Below are positions 13,990-26,983 of a stretch of DNA of 64,000 bases, piece after piece (the stretch's first letter is position 1; every line of letters starts with the position of its first letter). Under the pieces are notes generated by a model. That model was not told the DNA's origin and did not search any database. It saw only the letters and a list, made by a program, of their open reading frames with translations. A program made the position numbers and the translations under genes. The DNA is from Eledone cirrhosa (Eukaryota): contig OZ024741.1 of the NCBI GenBank assembly GCA_964016885.1, positions 76,694,001-76,758,000 on the forward strand, in the 5' to 3' direction.

Positions 13990-14369
13990 CTGAAGAATAG
14001 AATGGGTTAAATTCAGATGAAGAATAATAAAAAACAGAAAACAAAAAACAATAACAATAAAATACAAAATACAAAACAACTAGGCTGATTTATCAGTCTA
14101 CCAATTTTTTGTGAATTGGCAGAATCGTTAGAGTATTAGATAAAGTTCCATGTGGTATTTGTTACGCAGCTCTGCACCCTGAAGTTAATGTTGCTGTTCA
14201 CTCAGTTTTATGAGAAAGGTGGGTACTGAGTGTATTCCATTGTAACACTGCTACTCAGGAGACTAACACATCCACTGCAGGTTAATAGGACCTCTCCACT
14301 TCATGTAGCCTTAGGACTCTCACCACATTTACTGTTAGCAATGCAGTGCTTGTGCTTTTGTTAATCTTT

Positions 14370-14920
14370 AGAAATGATCTGCCTGACCGCATCTAAGATC
14401 ATTTGTTGTCATCTATGCAGATGACACAACAGTCTATGGCCATACATCCAGAACCTGCAAAAACTTATCACAAGCAGTTAATCTCTCCTCTGACTTACAG
14501 CTCACTGTTCAATGGGGAAATGAGTGGCTGGTTACATTTAACACCTCGAAAACTAAGCTTCTCTCTTTTCACCACTATCAGAATGCCCCCAACTTCCCCA
14601 CTGTTCATATGAATGTTGCCTAATTGAAAGAAGCTCCCTGCTCTGAACAACTTTTGGGCCTAAAATTCACTCCAGATTTCCATTGAAACTCCTATATTTG
14701 ATCAGATGCCAAAGCATCTGGAAAGATGACGGAATCCTTCTACTGTTTAAGAAAATATCTGACTCCATCTGCAATTTTGTATCTTTACAAGAGTCAGATT
14801 AGACTGAAAATGAATTACTGTTGCTATATCTGGCGTGGTGTTGCTCAGAGCTTTCTATCCTATCTAGATGGAGTTCAGAGTTGCATGTGTAATCTTGATG
14901 GAGATGAGCTATTTTCCAAT
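14370..14920 (+). mobile_element. CR1/Jockey-type LINE RT remnant
   Basis: NDLPD, IYADDT, YLYKSQIRLKMNYCCYIW. Confidence 0.7.
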
Positions 14921-15139
14921 TGTTCTCTATGTTATAAGACTAATTCCTTATCCTCTTTGTTTATTGCCTTTAAACCTATGAGAGTTTTTGTTGGCTCTGT
15001 TTCCATATCCTTCTTTTCCAGACTGTCATACATTTCTGTGTGGGCCTAATTTGTAGGCTGGTGTATTCTTCCTCAAGGATGGTTTTAGCATTTACAACCA
15101 TCTCTCTCTCTCTATCACTCTCTTAATATATATATATAT

Positions 15140-15483
15140 AAAGGGTAAAGACCCCCTTCAGTCATGAATGACCATTGGATTTGTACCTAGAAAGTTCGCT
15201 TCCAAGGCACAAGCCTGGGCAAAGTTTGTTTGTGGAAAACCAGTAGTCGTCCACGTATATCAGTCTCGCCTTTCCATGTCACCGATGTTGTATAAGGGAA
15301 ACCTAAGGCCAATACAGCTTGGCACCAGTGACATCGCAACTCATTTCTACAGCTAAGTGAACTGGAGCAACGTGAAATAAAGTGTCTTACTCAAGGACAC
15401 AACGCAAAGCCTGGTGCGAGAATCAAACTCACAACCTCACGATTGTAAGCTCGATGCTCTAACTACTAAGCTAAGCGCCTTCA
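15140..15483 (-). mobile_element. CORE-like SINE with a different tail (...tctttaccctt(ta)n); second copy at about 21587-21900
   Basis: Same head and core as the RTE-tailed SINE, unrelated 3' half. Confidence 0.75.
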
Positions 15484-15488
15484 CACAA

Positions 15489-15521
<33 letters not shown>

Positions 15522-15584
15522 AAAGGCAAACTATACTGATAAATGATTGATAAGTATGGGGTAATATCAATGGCGACAGCTTAC

Positions 15585-15690
15585 CTCAGTGGTGGCTTCT
15601 TTTCTCCTTCTTCATCATCATCACCCATCTCTGCAGATTCTGCTTCACTTGGACCTTCATTCTCAGAGTTCTCAATAGATTCTGAGAAGC
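15585..15690 (-). CDS. PRKD: PKD exon, acidic region: (S)FSESIENSENEGPSEAESAEMGDDDEEGEKKPPL(S)
   Basis: ttcAG and GTaagc boundaries; 106 nt, phase 1/2 exactly bridges the flanking exons; acidic composition as expected between C1b and PH. Confidence 0.88.
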
Positions 15691-16736
15691 CTGAAATGAG
15701 AGTGACTGAGTAAGGATTTCTGACAATAAACAATTCCATCTAAAGATTATTTATGTTGATTGGTGCCTAATAAACACTGTGCTACACAAGGTTCTATCAT
15801 TGTACCAAGTTGTTATTGTTGTTTTGGCTGTTGTTTAGCACAAAGTCAGGTCTATGATCAAAGATATTTTAACTATGACCATTCCAGCTATTTCTAAGAC
15901 AGTAGGATGTGATTTAAGGTTTATTTGGCTGATATTTTTAGCAAACTGAGTGACCATGTAGATACTTCCTCTTCAGTACATAAAGTACCAGATTAAAAAA
16001 CAAAGTGATCTTATGTATTGATAAAAATTATAAAGTAAAGCTCATGAATTTACTCAGTTCGTATGCCATTGCAAGAAAAGAAATTTGATCTTTCTGGATT
16101 GTATTTTCATTTGAGAGAAATAAAAAAAAAGTATTTTAACTGAATTGTAAACAAAGTTTTTGCTCTTTGTCTCAGATTATAAGATACTTGATAACTTGCT
16201 ATAAGGTTAGTGATTCATCTCCTGTTAACAGAACTGTTAAAATTCTGAAGATAAATCAAATGCATAATGAGAAAAAAAAATATTGGCTGATAACTAATAT
16301 TAATCTTTTTGTTTTTCTGGAAATTAAGGGAAATAACTCTAGACATGTTTTAATCTTGTTTGACTTCTTCAGCAGAAGCATTTTAATGCTCCATTTATTA
16401 AATATGCTTTTGCTCATTTAGATATTAAATTATAATGGCAAGAAGAAAAAAAACAGATTTAGTTGATGCAATCTGTTGAAATTCTTAATAAAAGTTAACA
16501 TATATGCTGATAGTAATCAAGTAGAAAAAATTTGAAAGGATATGTTTTTTAGAAATATATTTAAGATGAGGTCCCTTTTGTTAATGAAGTTCAGGTGACT
16601 TTCCCTTAACTGTAATGTTTTGACATAAAAATACACAGGCAGAGAATTGACATGCACACACAGAGACACACAAACATACACACACACACACACACACATG
16701 TAAATATATATGCATATATATATAAAGTCCCCTTAC

Positions 16737-16820
16737 TTCCAGTGTCTCTATTTACCATATCTCCAGAACAGTCATTTGGAACATTATTGGCACATTTCCT
16801 GTGACAATTAAACTTGCAGT
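16737..16820 (-). CDS. PRKD: PKD exon, second half of C1b: (D)CKFNCHRKCANNVPNDCSGDMVNRDTG
   Basis: ttcAG and GTaagg boundaries; 84 nt, phase 1/1; continues C1b in frame. Confidence 0.93.
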
Positions 16821-17039
16821 CTGAAAAGAAAAATCGAGATAAAATATCAAAAACACCATCATTGTGGAAGAAATTATTGAGCAAGTAATCAGATGGGGAG
16901 AAAGGAGAAATATTGGTGTTGGGGTGGGATCTAATGGTTTCTGTTACTTATAACAGTACAGGCACATTTGATTGGAATATGACATACAAAGCTCTCTCTC
17001 CCCCCTCCTTTCACACACACTCTTTCTTTCTCTCTTTCT

Positions 17040-17119
<80 letters not shown>

Positions 17120-17194
17120 TATATATATATATATATATACATACATACATATATATATATACAAACATATATATATACAAACCACACATATATA

Positions 17195-18430
17195 TATGGT
17201 TATGTATTTGTTCTGCAAGATTCTTGATGTGAAATCATGTGTTGAAACTGATATTGTTATATTTGGGGATGGTCATGTTACCAATATTGCCAATAAAAAG
17301 AAACACATGCACCATATGATTATTCATTCGATTGTCATAAATCTTTCATCACACATTCTGTGACCTCCTCAATGATTATCTGTTCTCTATTGTGCCTCCC
17401 TTCTTTCTGGTCTTAAACTTCTACTCCATCTTGTCTTGTTTTATCTTTGGTGTATGATGTCAATAAATGTTCTGATGGTGTGGTAACACATTCTACCTCT
17501 CATAGAAAAACATGTTTGTGCTTTTCTTGGTAGCTTAATTCTCTGTATATTCTGCTCCTTATGTTCAACAGCATCATTCTTTTTAGCTTTTCAGTTTGTC
17601 CCTTTGAAAATTCTATTTTTTCAAAGCTGGCATTAATCTTGTTGATGTAGACCTTGGAGAAAACATTTCTTTATGAAGTAAAGTTGTTGGGCTGTTATTG
17701 GTTTTCTTATACAACAGAATATGGTGATTTCCAGCGTCTTGCTAGCCTGACAGAGGCTTACATCGTTATGTTTATGTATTTGTTAAGAAAGATTCTTGGC
17801 GTGAAATCAGATGTTATATTTGGGAATGGTCATGTTGCCAGTAGTGCCAATAAAAAGAAACACATGCACTATATGATTTTCACTTATCTTTATTGCTTAT
17901 TATTCATTTGTTTATTAAAGTTCTTTCATTACACACTCTGTGACCTCTTCAATGACTATCTGTTCTCTTTTGTGCCTCCTCTTCTTTCTGGTCTTAAACT
18001 TCTACTCTATCTTATGTTTTGCTTTGTCAAAAATTAGCTGATAAACAGGAAAGCCTTAATGAGATGTTCTTGACTAGGTTTTTAGTTATGCTGATTGGGT
18101 GGTTGAAAAACTTTTTACTATAGTTTAAAATGTCATTGAGCTTTCTATACAAGTAGTACAGGCCATTTGACATATTGAGGGTCATATCAAGAAAATTCAC
18201 CACTGATAGGTTTGCATCCACTTGAATGGAAAGGTCGAATTCTTAAAAAAAGACAATAAGCTCCTTTCTAAACCTATCAATAGTTCGGGGTCTGTACTTA
18301 GTCATAGTCAAAAGAGCATCATCATGATACAGACCTCCACCTACATTGGGGAATTTTTCCTTGGTTGAGAATAGTAGAATAGCAAAAGTAGACCAATAAG
18401 GTCTGTGACCTCTACTGAATTGCTAACCCC
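17195..18430 (-). mobile_element. Degenerate Penelope-like element with pLTR direct repeats (about 17200-17450 and 17770-18025)
   Basis: GLYHDDAL, VNFLDMTLNM..GLY..YRK, ISLRLS motifs; decayed hammerhead in each repeat. Confidence 0.72.
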
Positions 18431-18471
18431 CATGCTCACATCGAAGGAGTGTATTATTTGATTTCTTTAAC

Positions 18472-18532
<61 letters not shown>

Positions 18533-21500
18533 CCAGTTTCACACTGTAAACGTGGTTGGGATTCGGAAGGTCATCCAGCTGTAAAACCTCAGCCAAAATG
18601 CAATTCCATTTGAGCAATGTATGGTGCAACCAACTGGACAGACTTGCCGCATAACATGGATGACCTGTCTAACTCATACAAGCATGGAAGAATAGACATT
18701 AAACAGTGATGATGATGATGATGATGTATGAACTGCCTTTGTTTTAGACATATTGTTAAGAGACTTGATTGTGTTTGAATTTTACCTTTTTTAACTGATT
18801 TTTCACATATTTTCTAATCAGCCGTTTGCAGCCTGTTTGAAACAACAAAGTTCCTAAATCCATATTTCATCAACATTTCTTGACTTTCATAGTCTCATAA
18901 TCAGAATGTAGAATGCTTATTTTTACTGCCTCTTTTATTATAGGTAGATATAGCCCTTTGCTGTTGCCAAAATCCACTGACTACACAACTGTCACTGCCT
19001 CTTCAGCCTTGCCAAGGACATAATGAGTGCCATAATGTAGAAAATGGTTGTGCTGGTGCCACAGTAAAATGCAATCAATCCACACTGTTAAGTGTCATGG
19101 TAAATGCACCCAACCCATTCTATAAAGTGGTATTGCTGGTGTCACAATAAAAAGTACCCAGTCCACCTTGTAAGGTGGCAGTGGTAGTGGTGGTGCCACA
19201 ATAAAGCACACATGGTACCCACCATGAAGTAGTTGACATTAGAAAGGTCATACAGCCATAGAAACCATGCCAAAATTGAACATATGAGCAAGACGCAGTT
19301 ATTTGACATGTCTCGTCCCATTCAACCCATGCAAGTATGGAAAATAGATGTAAAACGTTGATGATGACGATAAACATAATTGTTTCTACTTTTGGCACAA
19401 GGCCAGCAATTACCCCAGTGCATTACTGGTGCTTTATTTTATCGACCCCGTAAGAATCAAAGGCAAAGTTAATCTCAGCGAGATTTGAATTCAGACTGTA
19501 AAGGGCTGTAACTCTATGCTGCAAAGCATGGCGTCCGACCCTCTACCGATACTACCAATCCATTATGACAATAAACATAATGAAAAACAAAGTGGGCTAG
19601 TAATTATTCCATTGTTTAATGATTGTTTCAGTAAGCAAATACCAATGTGCAGGCTAATGGATAGTAATTATAGAACTACATACCACCACACTTGAAAATG
19701 CACATCTTTTCTGTTGGCCTCAAACACTATGCATTCAACTCTGTAGTTTGAATATTCAGCAATATATATGAGAAGATCATTGTAATAAAAAAATATATAT
19801 GATACTCTGCTTCGACTGAATATTCACATATTCACTACATGGAGTTCTGAGATGGTTATAATACTTGCATTGACTAGGCAAAATACTTGTGCATGTATGT
19901 GTGTGTGGGGGGGGGGGGGAGGTCTGTGTGTGTTAGGGATGCATTGATAAGCAAATTGGCCAATTATCAATTAACTGGCCTTGCTCACATCCGCCGATCC
20001 TGATTAATCAACAAGATTATCTATATTATAACTATATATTGTGATATGAAAATGCATATTATAATTAATTGTAAGTAATGTTATAATATTTCATAATAAA
20101 TCACAATTATAGAACTTTTATTTGAGAGAGAGCATGATGTCAAAAGTAAGGTGATTTTACTGTAAGCGGTAATATTTACAAGCCTGTAAAAAATTGGATA
20201 TGCTCTGAAAATGGAGAAATTTTGATATTTTTATATCATAATTTGAGTTTTTAAATTTGGCATTTAAATTTCATTTTTTGTTTGAGTATGTTAAGGTAAC
20301 AGAAATGATTACTACTGGAACAGTTTTCAATACCTTTAAATAAACATGTAATCAGAATCTTTATAATTTTTAAATTAATTCCTTTTTAAAAGATCAATTA
20401 AAAATATCTTCTTAAGTGACACCATTTAACACACAGGGAGTTATGCCCCCTGGGCAGTCCTAAGTGATTTCCTAAGTGATTATAGTATGTTTCAGCATTA
20501 GAAACAGAGTTATATAACACTGATGAGCTTAGATTATGTGTCCTAGGAAATAATATATGTTCCTTATGCATTTCTACATGTTGAATCCAATCTCACCCAT
20601 GTTTTTCTTGCTCCAAAACAATAATGGACGATTAATTGGCAATTAATCAACAAAATAGCCAATACCAATAGCCAATATCAATTATTTGTCGATTAATTAG
20701 TGGAGCCCTAATACACACACACACATATATATATATTATATATATAATATATATATATATTTTTACTAATGTGTGCTGCCTTCTTTGTATCTTTTTCCGT
20801 TCCATATCGATATATCGTTCTTTTTGTTGTTGTTGTTTTTCTTCGTCCATTGTCTGTTGTATTTTTTCCCGGATAGCTATCCAATGGCTTCTACATGACT
20901 AGTCCTGTAGGAGCCATTTCTATATTAAATATATTTAATAATGATGTTCACACTCTACTAATATATTGAGTACCTTATTTACTGTGGTTACCCCTGATTT
21001 AATTTGGGATCTACACACGCACACACACATATATACGCAAACACACACACACATGCACACACTCACTCACTCACACACACATGCAGAAAAAAAACCTAAG
21101 AACTCGCAAAAAAACCCAACTAAGAACACACATATCAGTGTGCACACATGAACTATATATGACTCTGAGACACCCACATATCCACACTCACACACACAGA
21201 CTGAAGCCACGCATATCTACCAATCTCTTCCCTTCGGCACACACACACACAACCACACCCACGTCACCCTTCTACCCCCCACTTTGGACTCCCACCCCAC
21301 CCAGGCTGGAGCTTTCGCTTACCTCCCCAACCTATCGTTCTCCTCGCAATCTTCTTTTCCTAACTTCCTTTGATAACTTTCACATACTACTTTCATACAT
21401 CTACCGGTTCTCTCTTTATCAAAACTTTCCTGATAAATGACTTATGTCCAAAACGTTGAACCCTCCTCCATTTCCTCCAAGCATGATCCCAATATAACTA

Positions 21501-22410
21501 TGTATTTTTGCATTCCTGTACTTGTTTTGCTTCCTTTATTAGCTATATATATATATATATATATATACAGTATATATATATATATAAAGGGTAAAGACTC
21601 CCTTAGGTCACGAATGACCTAGAAAGTTCTCATCCGAGGCACAAGTCTGGGAAAGGTTGTTTGTGTAAGACCAGCAGTCGCCCTTGCATACCAGCCTCCC
21701 CCCCTCCATACCACTGACGTTGTCCAAGGGAAAGCAATGGCCGATACAGCTTGGCTCCTGTGATGTCGCAACTCAATTCTACAGCTGAGTAAAGTGGAGC
21801 AATGTGAAATAAAGTGTCTTGCTCAAGGACACAACACATCACCCAGACCGAGAATCGAACTCACAACCTCCCAATTGCAAGCCAAATGCTCTAACCACTA
21901 TATATAAACATATTTTTATAACTGTGAAGCTAAACCAGTAGCTAGAGGGCAAAACCTAATGGCACTTCTTCAAACTATTAATGATAGTAAAATCAGGTTT
22001 GTATTTAAAGGAGGTGGGTAGGCATCAGTCTGGAGGTGGGTGGGAGTTACACAAAACAAAAAGTCAAAATTGAAAACTATCAGAATAAAAAATCAAGAGA
22101 AATCAATGTTATTGTTTGGGGTGATGATAATGAGGCAGTGTAGGGTGAAGTGGAATAGGTAGGTAGGTGAGGAATTGATAGCTCTTTTTGACTGGTAGTA
22201 AACTAATTAGCCAATGGAGAAATATGGTGGAGGTAATAGTGAAGGGTAAAACAGGCAGTTAAGCTGGTGGTAGCTGCATTGACAGTGATGATGAGGCCCA
22301 GGGAAAGTATACACACACATATATATATATATATTACCATCATTACCATTTAATGTCTATTTTCCAAACTTCCATGGGTTAGACAGGTTGTCATGTTATA
22401 AGGCTAGACT

Positions 22411-22483
<73 letters not shown>

Positions 22484-22897
22484 TATATATATAATATATA
22501 TATATATACATATACATATACATATATATAGTAGAAATATGAAATCTTTAGCACAGTATTAAATGATTAGAATCACACACACACAAACGTGTGTATTCAT
22601 AATAAATCAGGATTGTTCACCACAAACAGTATGCATACTCTTTTATTCTTTTACTTGATTTAGTCGATCATGCTCTTAGATTTTCATGGCTGGTACTATT
22701 TTATTGAATTTTTTATATTGAATTGCTAAGTTAAAGGACATAATATGACTCGCAGTTGTAGTAGAAGAAACATGCCCAATGTGACACAACATGACTGAAC
22801 GCACAACCATGTGATTGTGAAGCTAACTCCTTAATCATATAGCCATGTCTGTAAATATATATATGAATATATTCTTTATAATGGCTAAGTGATGAGT

Positions 22898-22953
<56 letters not shown>

Positions 22954-22992
22954 TAAACAAAGTTTATTTTAACCTGTTGACTTAAACTTCAT

Positions 22993-23034
<42 letters not shown>

Positions 23035-23085
23035 ATGAAGTATAAGATTACCTATAACGATAACTTGTTATCCCATATATATATA

Positions 23086-23146
<61 letters not shown>

Positions 23147-23279
23147 GTTATTCCGGGTTGAGTCGGAGGTAACCACAGTAAGTAAGGTACTCAATACATT
23201 GCAGAGTATAAAAGTTTTAATATAGATGAGATTCTACAGGACTAGAACTGTTTCATTCTTTAGAAATCATCACGAATCA

Positions 23280-23332
23280 GAGATTCCTGATGATTTCTAA
23301 AGAATGAAACAGTTCTAGTCCTGTAGAATCTC
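23280..23332 (+). ncRNA. Type I hammerhead ribozyme
   Basis: GAGATTC-CTGATGA-tTTCTaaAGAAt-GAAA-CAG ttctagtc CTG-TA-GAATCTC; 7-bp stem I; inverted twin immediately upstream. Confidence 0.75.
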
Positions 23333-23519
23333 ATCTATATATATATATATATATAAATATGGGATAACAAGTTATCGTTATAGATAATCCAGTTAGAGGT
23401 TGTGAGTACTCTGTATTGTGGATAGTTTTAACGTACAGCTTTGTTTGACTCAACAAGATGTTTCCATAGTTAGGTAGCGAGTTTGCAAGAATTCCTATAC
23501 AGGTTATACTTGGAGTAAT

Positions 23520-23752
23520 AATAGTGAAAGATTGAAGAGTAACATGGTCGGCTGTACAACAAGGGGCTTTATTTCAAGTATTAACAATTGTTTCATTGAT
23601 CAGGTGAGTCTAAAGGCCACTAATCACTCGAAGTTACGTCACTCGACCTCAAATACAGTGTTTACCTCTGATCAATGAAACAATTGTTAATACTTGAAAT
23701 AAAGCCCCTTGTTTTACAGTCAACTATGTTATTCTTCAATCTTTCACTATAT
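23520..23752. repeat. Inverted repeat with arms of about 82 bp and GAAACAATTGTTA (hammerhead 3' half)
   Basis: 23520-23602 versus 23669-23752. Confidence 0.82.
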
Positions 23753-23760
23753 ATATATAT

Positions 23761-24130
23761 GAAGGCACATGGCTTAGTGGCATTGGGCTCGAAAGGTTGT
23801 GAGTTCAATTCTCAGACCGGGTGATGTGTTGTTTCCTTGAGCAAGACACTTTATTTCACATTGCTCCAGTTTACTCAGCTGTAGAAATGAGATGATATCA
23901 CTAGGGTCCCTATCATTCCACTGCAAAGTGGTCGTGGAGGTGCCATGGCCAAAAATCACCCAGCCCACACTGTAAAGTGGACATGTAGACACCACAGAAA
24001 AAAAGCACCCAGCACTCACTGTAAATGAGGTTGGTGTTAGGAAGGGCATCCAGCTGTAGAAATCAAGCCAGAATCAGTTCCCGCCCCACCCTTGCAAGCA
24101 GGGAAAAGTGGACGTAAAATGATAATGATA
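23761..24130 (+). mobile_element. tRNA/CORE/RTE-tail SINE copy
   Basis: Matches 39741-40060, with one extra UTR repeat. Confidence 0.82.
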
Positions 24131-25761
24131 TATATATAGCCATAGAAAGCTTGCCAAACAAAGGGGTGGAGGATCTTTCTTGTAGTATCAAGGACATGAC
24201 AACTTCACTAGTGCTAGTAACATGATAAAATGTACTCAATAGAGCATACGACCACATGTAAGCAAGATGCAGGCGCTTAGCCCATCTAAAAAGTCAGTAG
24301 CCCTGCTTAAGTACTGACTTTGCTAGCAGGGAAAAATGAACATTATGATGATGATAACAATGCTGATGAACTACTTTTCTTCTTTGTTACAACTTGCTTA
24401 TCATTTCCTGTAACTTCAAGTTAGGTGCAAAATATATTTCTCTTGTTTTAGGATTGTAATTAACACCACAAAATTGACTTCATTGTACGGCAGTGCTATA
24501 TGATCTATTCTTCACAAGTATGTCTGTGTGGATTGACTGACCCATTGGTTGACACTTTCTATAGATCTATATATATTGCTAAAAAGAGTGATTGATCTTT
24601 AAACACTTCCTCAGAAGTAACTATCAGATCTTTGAGAATTTCTGACATACTAGCCATGTGACTGCTTTTCTTTTGTTAATATCGTTTTCTGAGCTGGCTA
24701 TCCAAGCCCCAATAGCTTGTTAAATGAGTAGAATGTGTAGGAAAAAAGGATCTGCAATGAAACTAAACAATTTCCATAAATACCAGCACCAACTTTGATC
24801 CAGCTCTGTGCCTAATGGTAAAAACTGTAAATAAACTAAAAGCTATGAGTACAGAAATCTGTAACAGTAGTATGCTAACTCTCCACCCCCTTCTACAGGT
24901 TTAGTAGTGTTTTTGTGTTGACTTAACAAGACATCAATGTAATCTTGTATTAACTTTGTGTCAATTCTATGTTGTTTTGTTTCTTTTTTTCCACTCATTT
25001 GCTTTTCTTTTTAATTATCTCCCTTTCTTGATTTAATCTTTGAGAGTGACTTTCCTTTGAAATTCTATGGGTTTTTCTTCTCTTCTTTTCCTTTTTCTTT
25101 TCTTTCCAATTATTACGATTATTCAAGACCAACATGATGCTCTTGACTTATTGCTAAGTAATGTTTGGGATTATATGACACAGAAACATGACTTGTGCTG
25201 GCTAATGAGAAGAAAGCTTTCACCCATTACGTAGTTAATGAGAAGAAAGCTTTCACCCATTACCGGGTTAATGAGAGGAAAGCTTTTTTCCGTCACCTTG
25301 TACCATCATCTGTTTTTGTTATGAATTTCTACTCCAATATGGTTGTCCAAAGAACTCTGCAATTTGTATGGGAAAACCAGCAGTAGCTGCCACAGGTGGC
25401 TACAGCTAAACAAATTAAGTTTCACACAGACATCACATACACATGCACACACACATGCACATGCAGCACTTTGAAAAAGTGTCTTATACTATAGTTTCAG
25501 GTTGCTTAATATCCAATGCCAGAATTTGGTAGACAGAAACTGTGCAGACGTCCATTGTATGAGTGTATGTGTGTATGCGTGCACATGTGTGTATGTCTGC
25601 TGAGTTAATCCCTTTAACACAATAATAGTGAAATTAGCTATTTCATAAAAAATGATAAGTACCAGGATCTATATCAGCCATTAAAAACACATGAAAATGG
25701 GGCCACAGCATGGACGCAATCCAATGACTGAAACCAGTAAAAGATTGAAAGAATATACATG

Positions 25762-25946
25762 CAGACCTGTTAACTCTCTCTGTCGGACAGGGAGATCTCC
25801 CACCCACTTTGGGGTGGGTGAAAGATGTCTTCTCTTGTGAAAAAGGGTATAGCTTTCATTATGTAAAATCTTCCCGTTTGGGACCCCTTTTTTCATGGTA
25901 CACCCCGTTCGTTCGTGGTACAACACCGTAGAGGTTGGCAGGTCTG
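25762..25946. mobile_element. Possible hAT-like MITE
   Basis: Imperfect TIRs CAGACCTGTTAAC / GTTGGCAGGTCTG; TSD unclear. Confidence 0.5.
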
Positions 25947-26079
25947 TATATGTATATGTGTTGTTCACAGTCTGTGGTATTAAAAACAAAGAAAAACTTT
26001 TTCTCTGGAGAAGGAATTACATTACCTTGCATGACATATTACATATCACATAAACGTTAATACACATTATACTACTCAC

Positions 26080-26305
26080 CTTTGCATTGCATTCCCTGAC
26101 GGAATAATCCCTTCAGTAGTTTCTTGCAGAACTGGCAAACAGTTGGCTTTGTGTAATTATGCACATTGAACGTGTGTGGCACCTTTATCCTATCAGCATA
26201 CTGTTTATCGATCCATATTGGTCGGCCACTCCATGATTTCGACCTGCTGTTACGGCCATCAAAGATTGGTGACAAAGGTGGGCCCACAGGTGGAACAATT
26301 AGAGA
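26080..26305 (-). CDS. PRKD: PKD exon, linker plus first half of C1b: [75 protein letters not shown](D)
   Basis: Polypyrimidine tract plus ccAG acceptor, GTgagt donor; 226 nt, phase 0/1; [29 protein letters not shown] motif. Confidence 0.95.
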
Positions 26306-26983
26306 CTGGCATTGAGAGAGAAGGAAAAGACAAAAGAGAGAGGAACATTAAAACAATGTTAGATGGTGGACTGCTGTAAAATTAAATGTATACACACACG
26401 TATATATATATAATTGAATTAGTAACTCTCATTGGTTATTTTACTACAGAAAATAAGAAAATAGTCTAATAATAAGAGAATGTATAAACCCCCAGAACAG
26501 AAAAAATATATCATATTTTCCATGCTTGCATAAGTGAGGCGGGTCTGGCCAGTTGGCTACACTGAGCCTTGCTCAAATGGAAGTGAATTTTGGCTGTTTT
26601 TTTACAGCTGGATGTTCTTCCTTACACCAACCACTTTTCCTGTGTGAAACTGGGTAGTCCTGTTATGAGGAGGATCTAGCTATTTGGCCACACTGTACCC
26701 TGCTCATAAGCGGAACAGTATTTGGGAGCTGGGTGGACCCGTAATGAGGTAGGTCTGGCCAGTTGGCCCCGTCAAACATTCCTCATAGCGGGGCCTGTGT
26801 TTTGGCTGAGGATTTTTATGGCTGCTGGATGCCCTTCCTTACACCAACCACATTTACAGTGTGTAACTGGATGGTCACAGTTATTAGGTAAGTCTGGCCA
26901 GTTGGCCACACCATACCTTGCTCATATGGGACCATGCCTTGGCTAGGTTTTCATGGCTGCTATATATATATATATATATAAAA

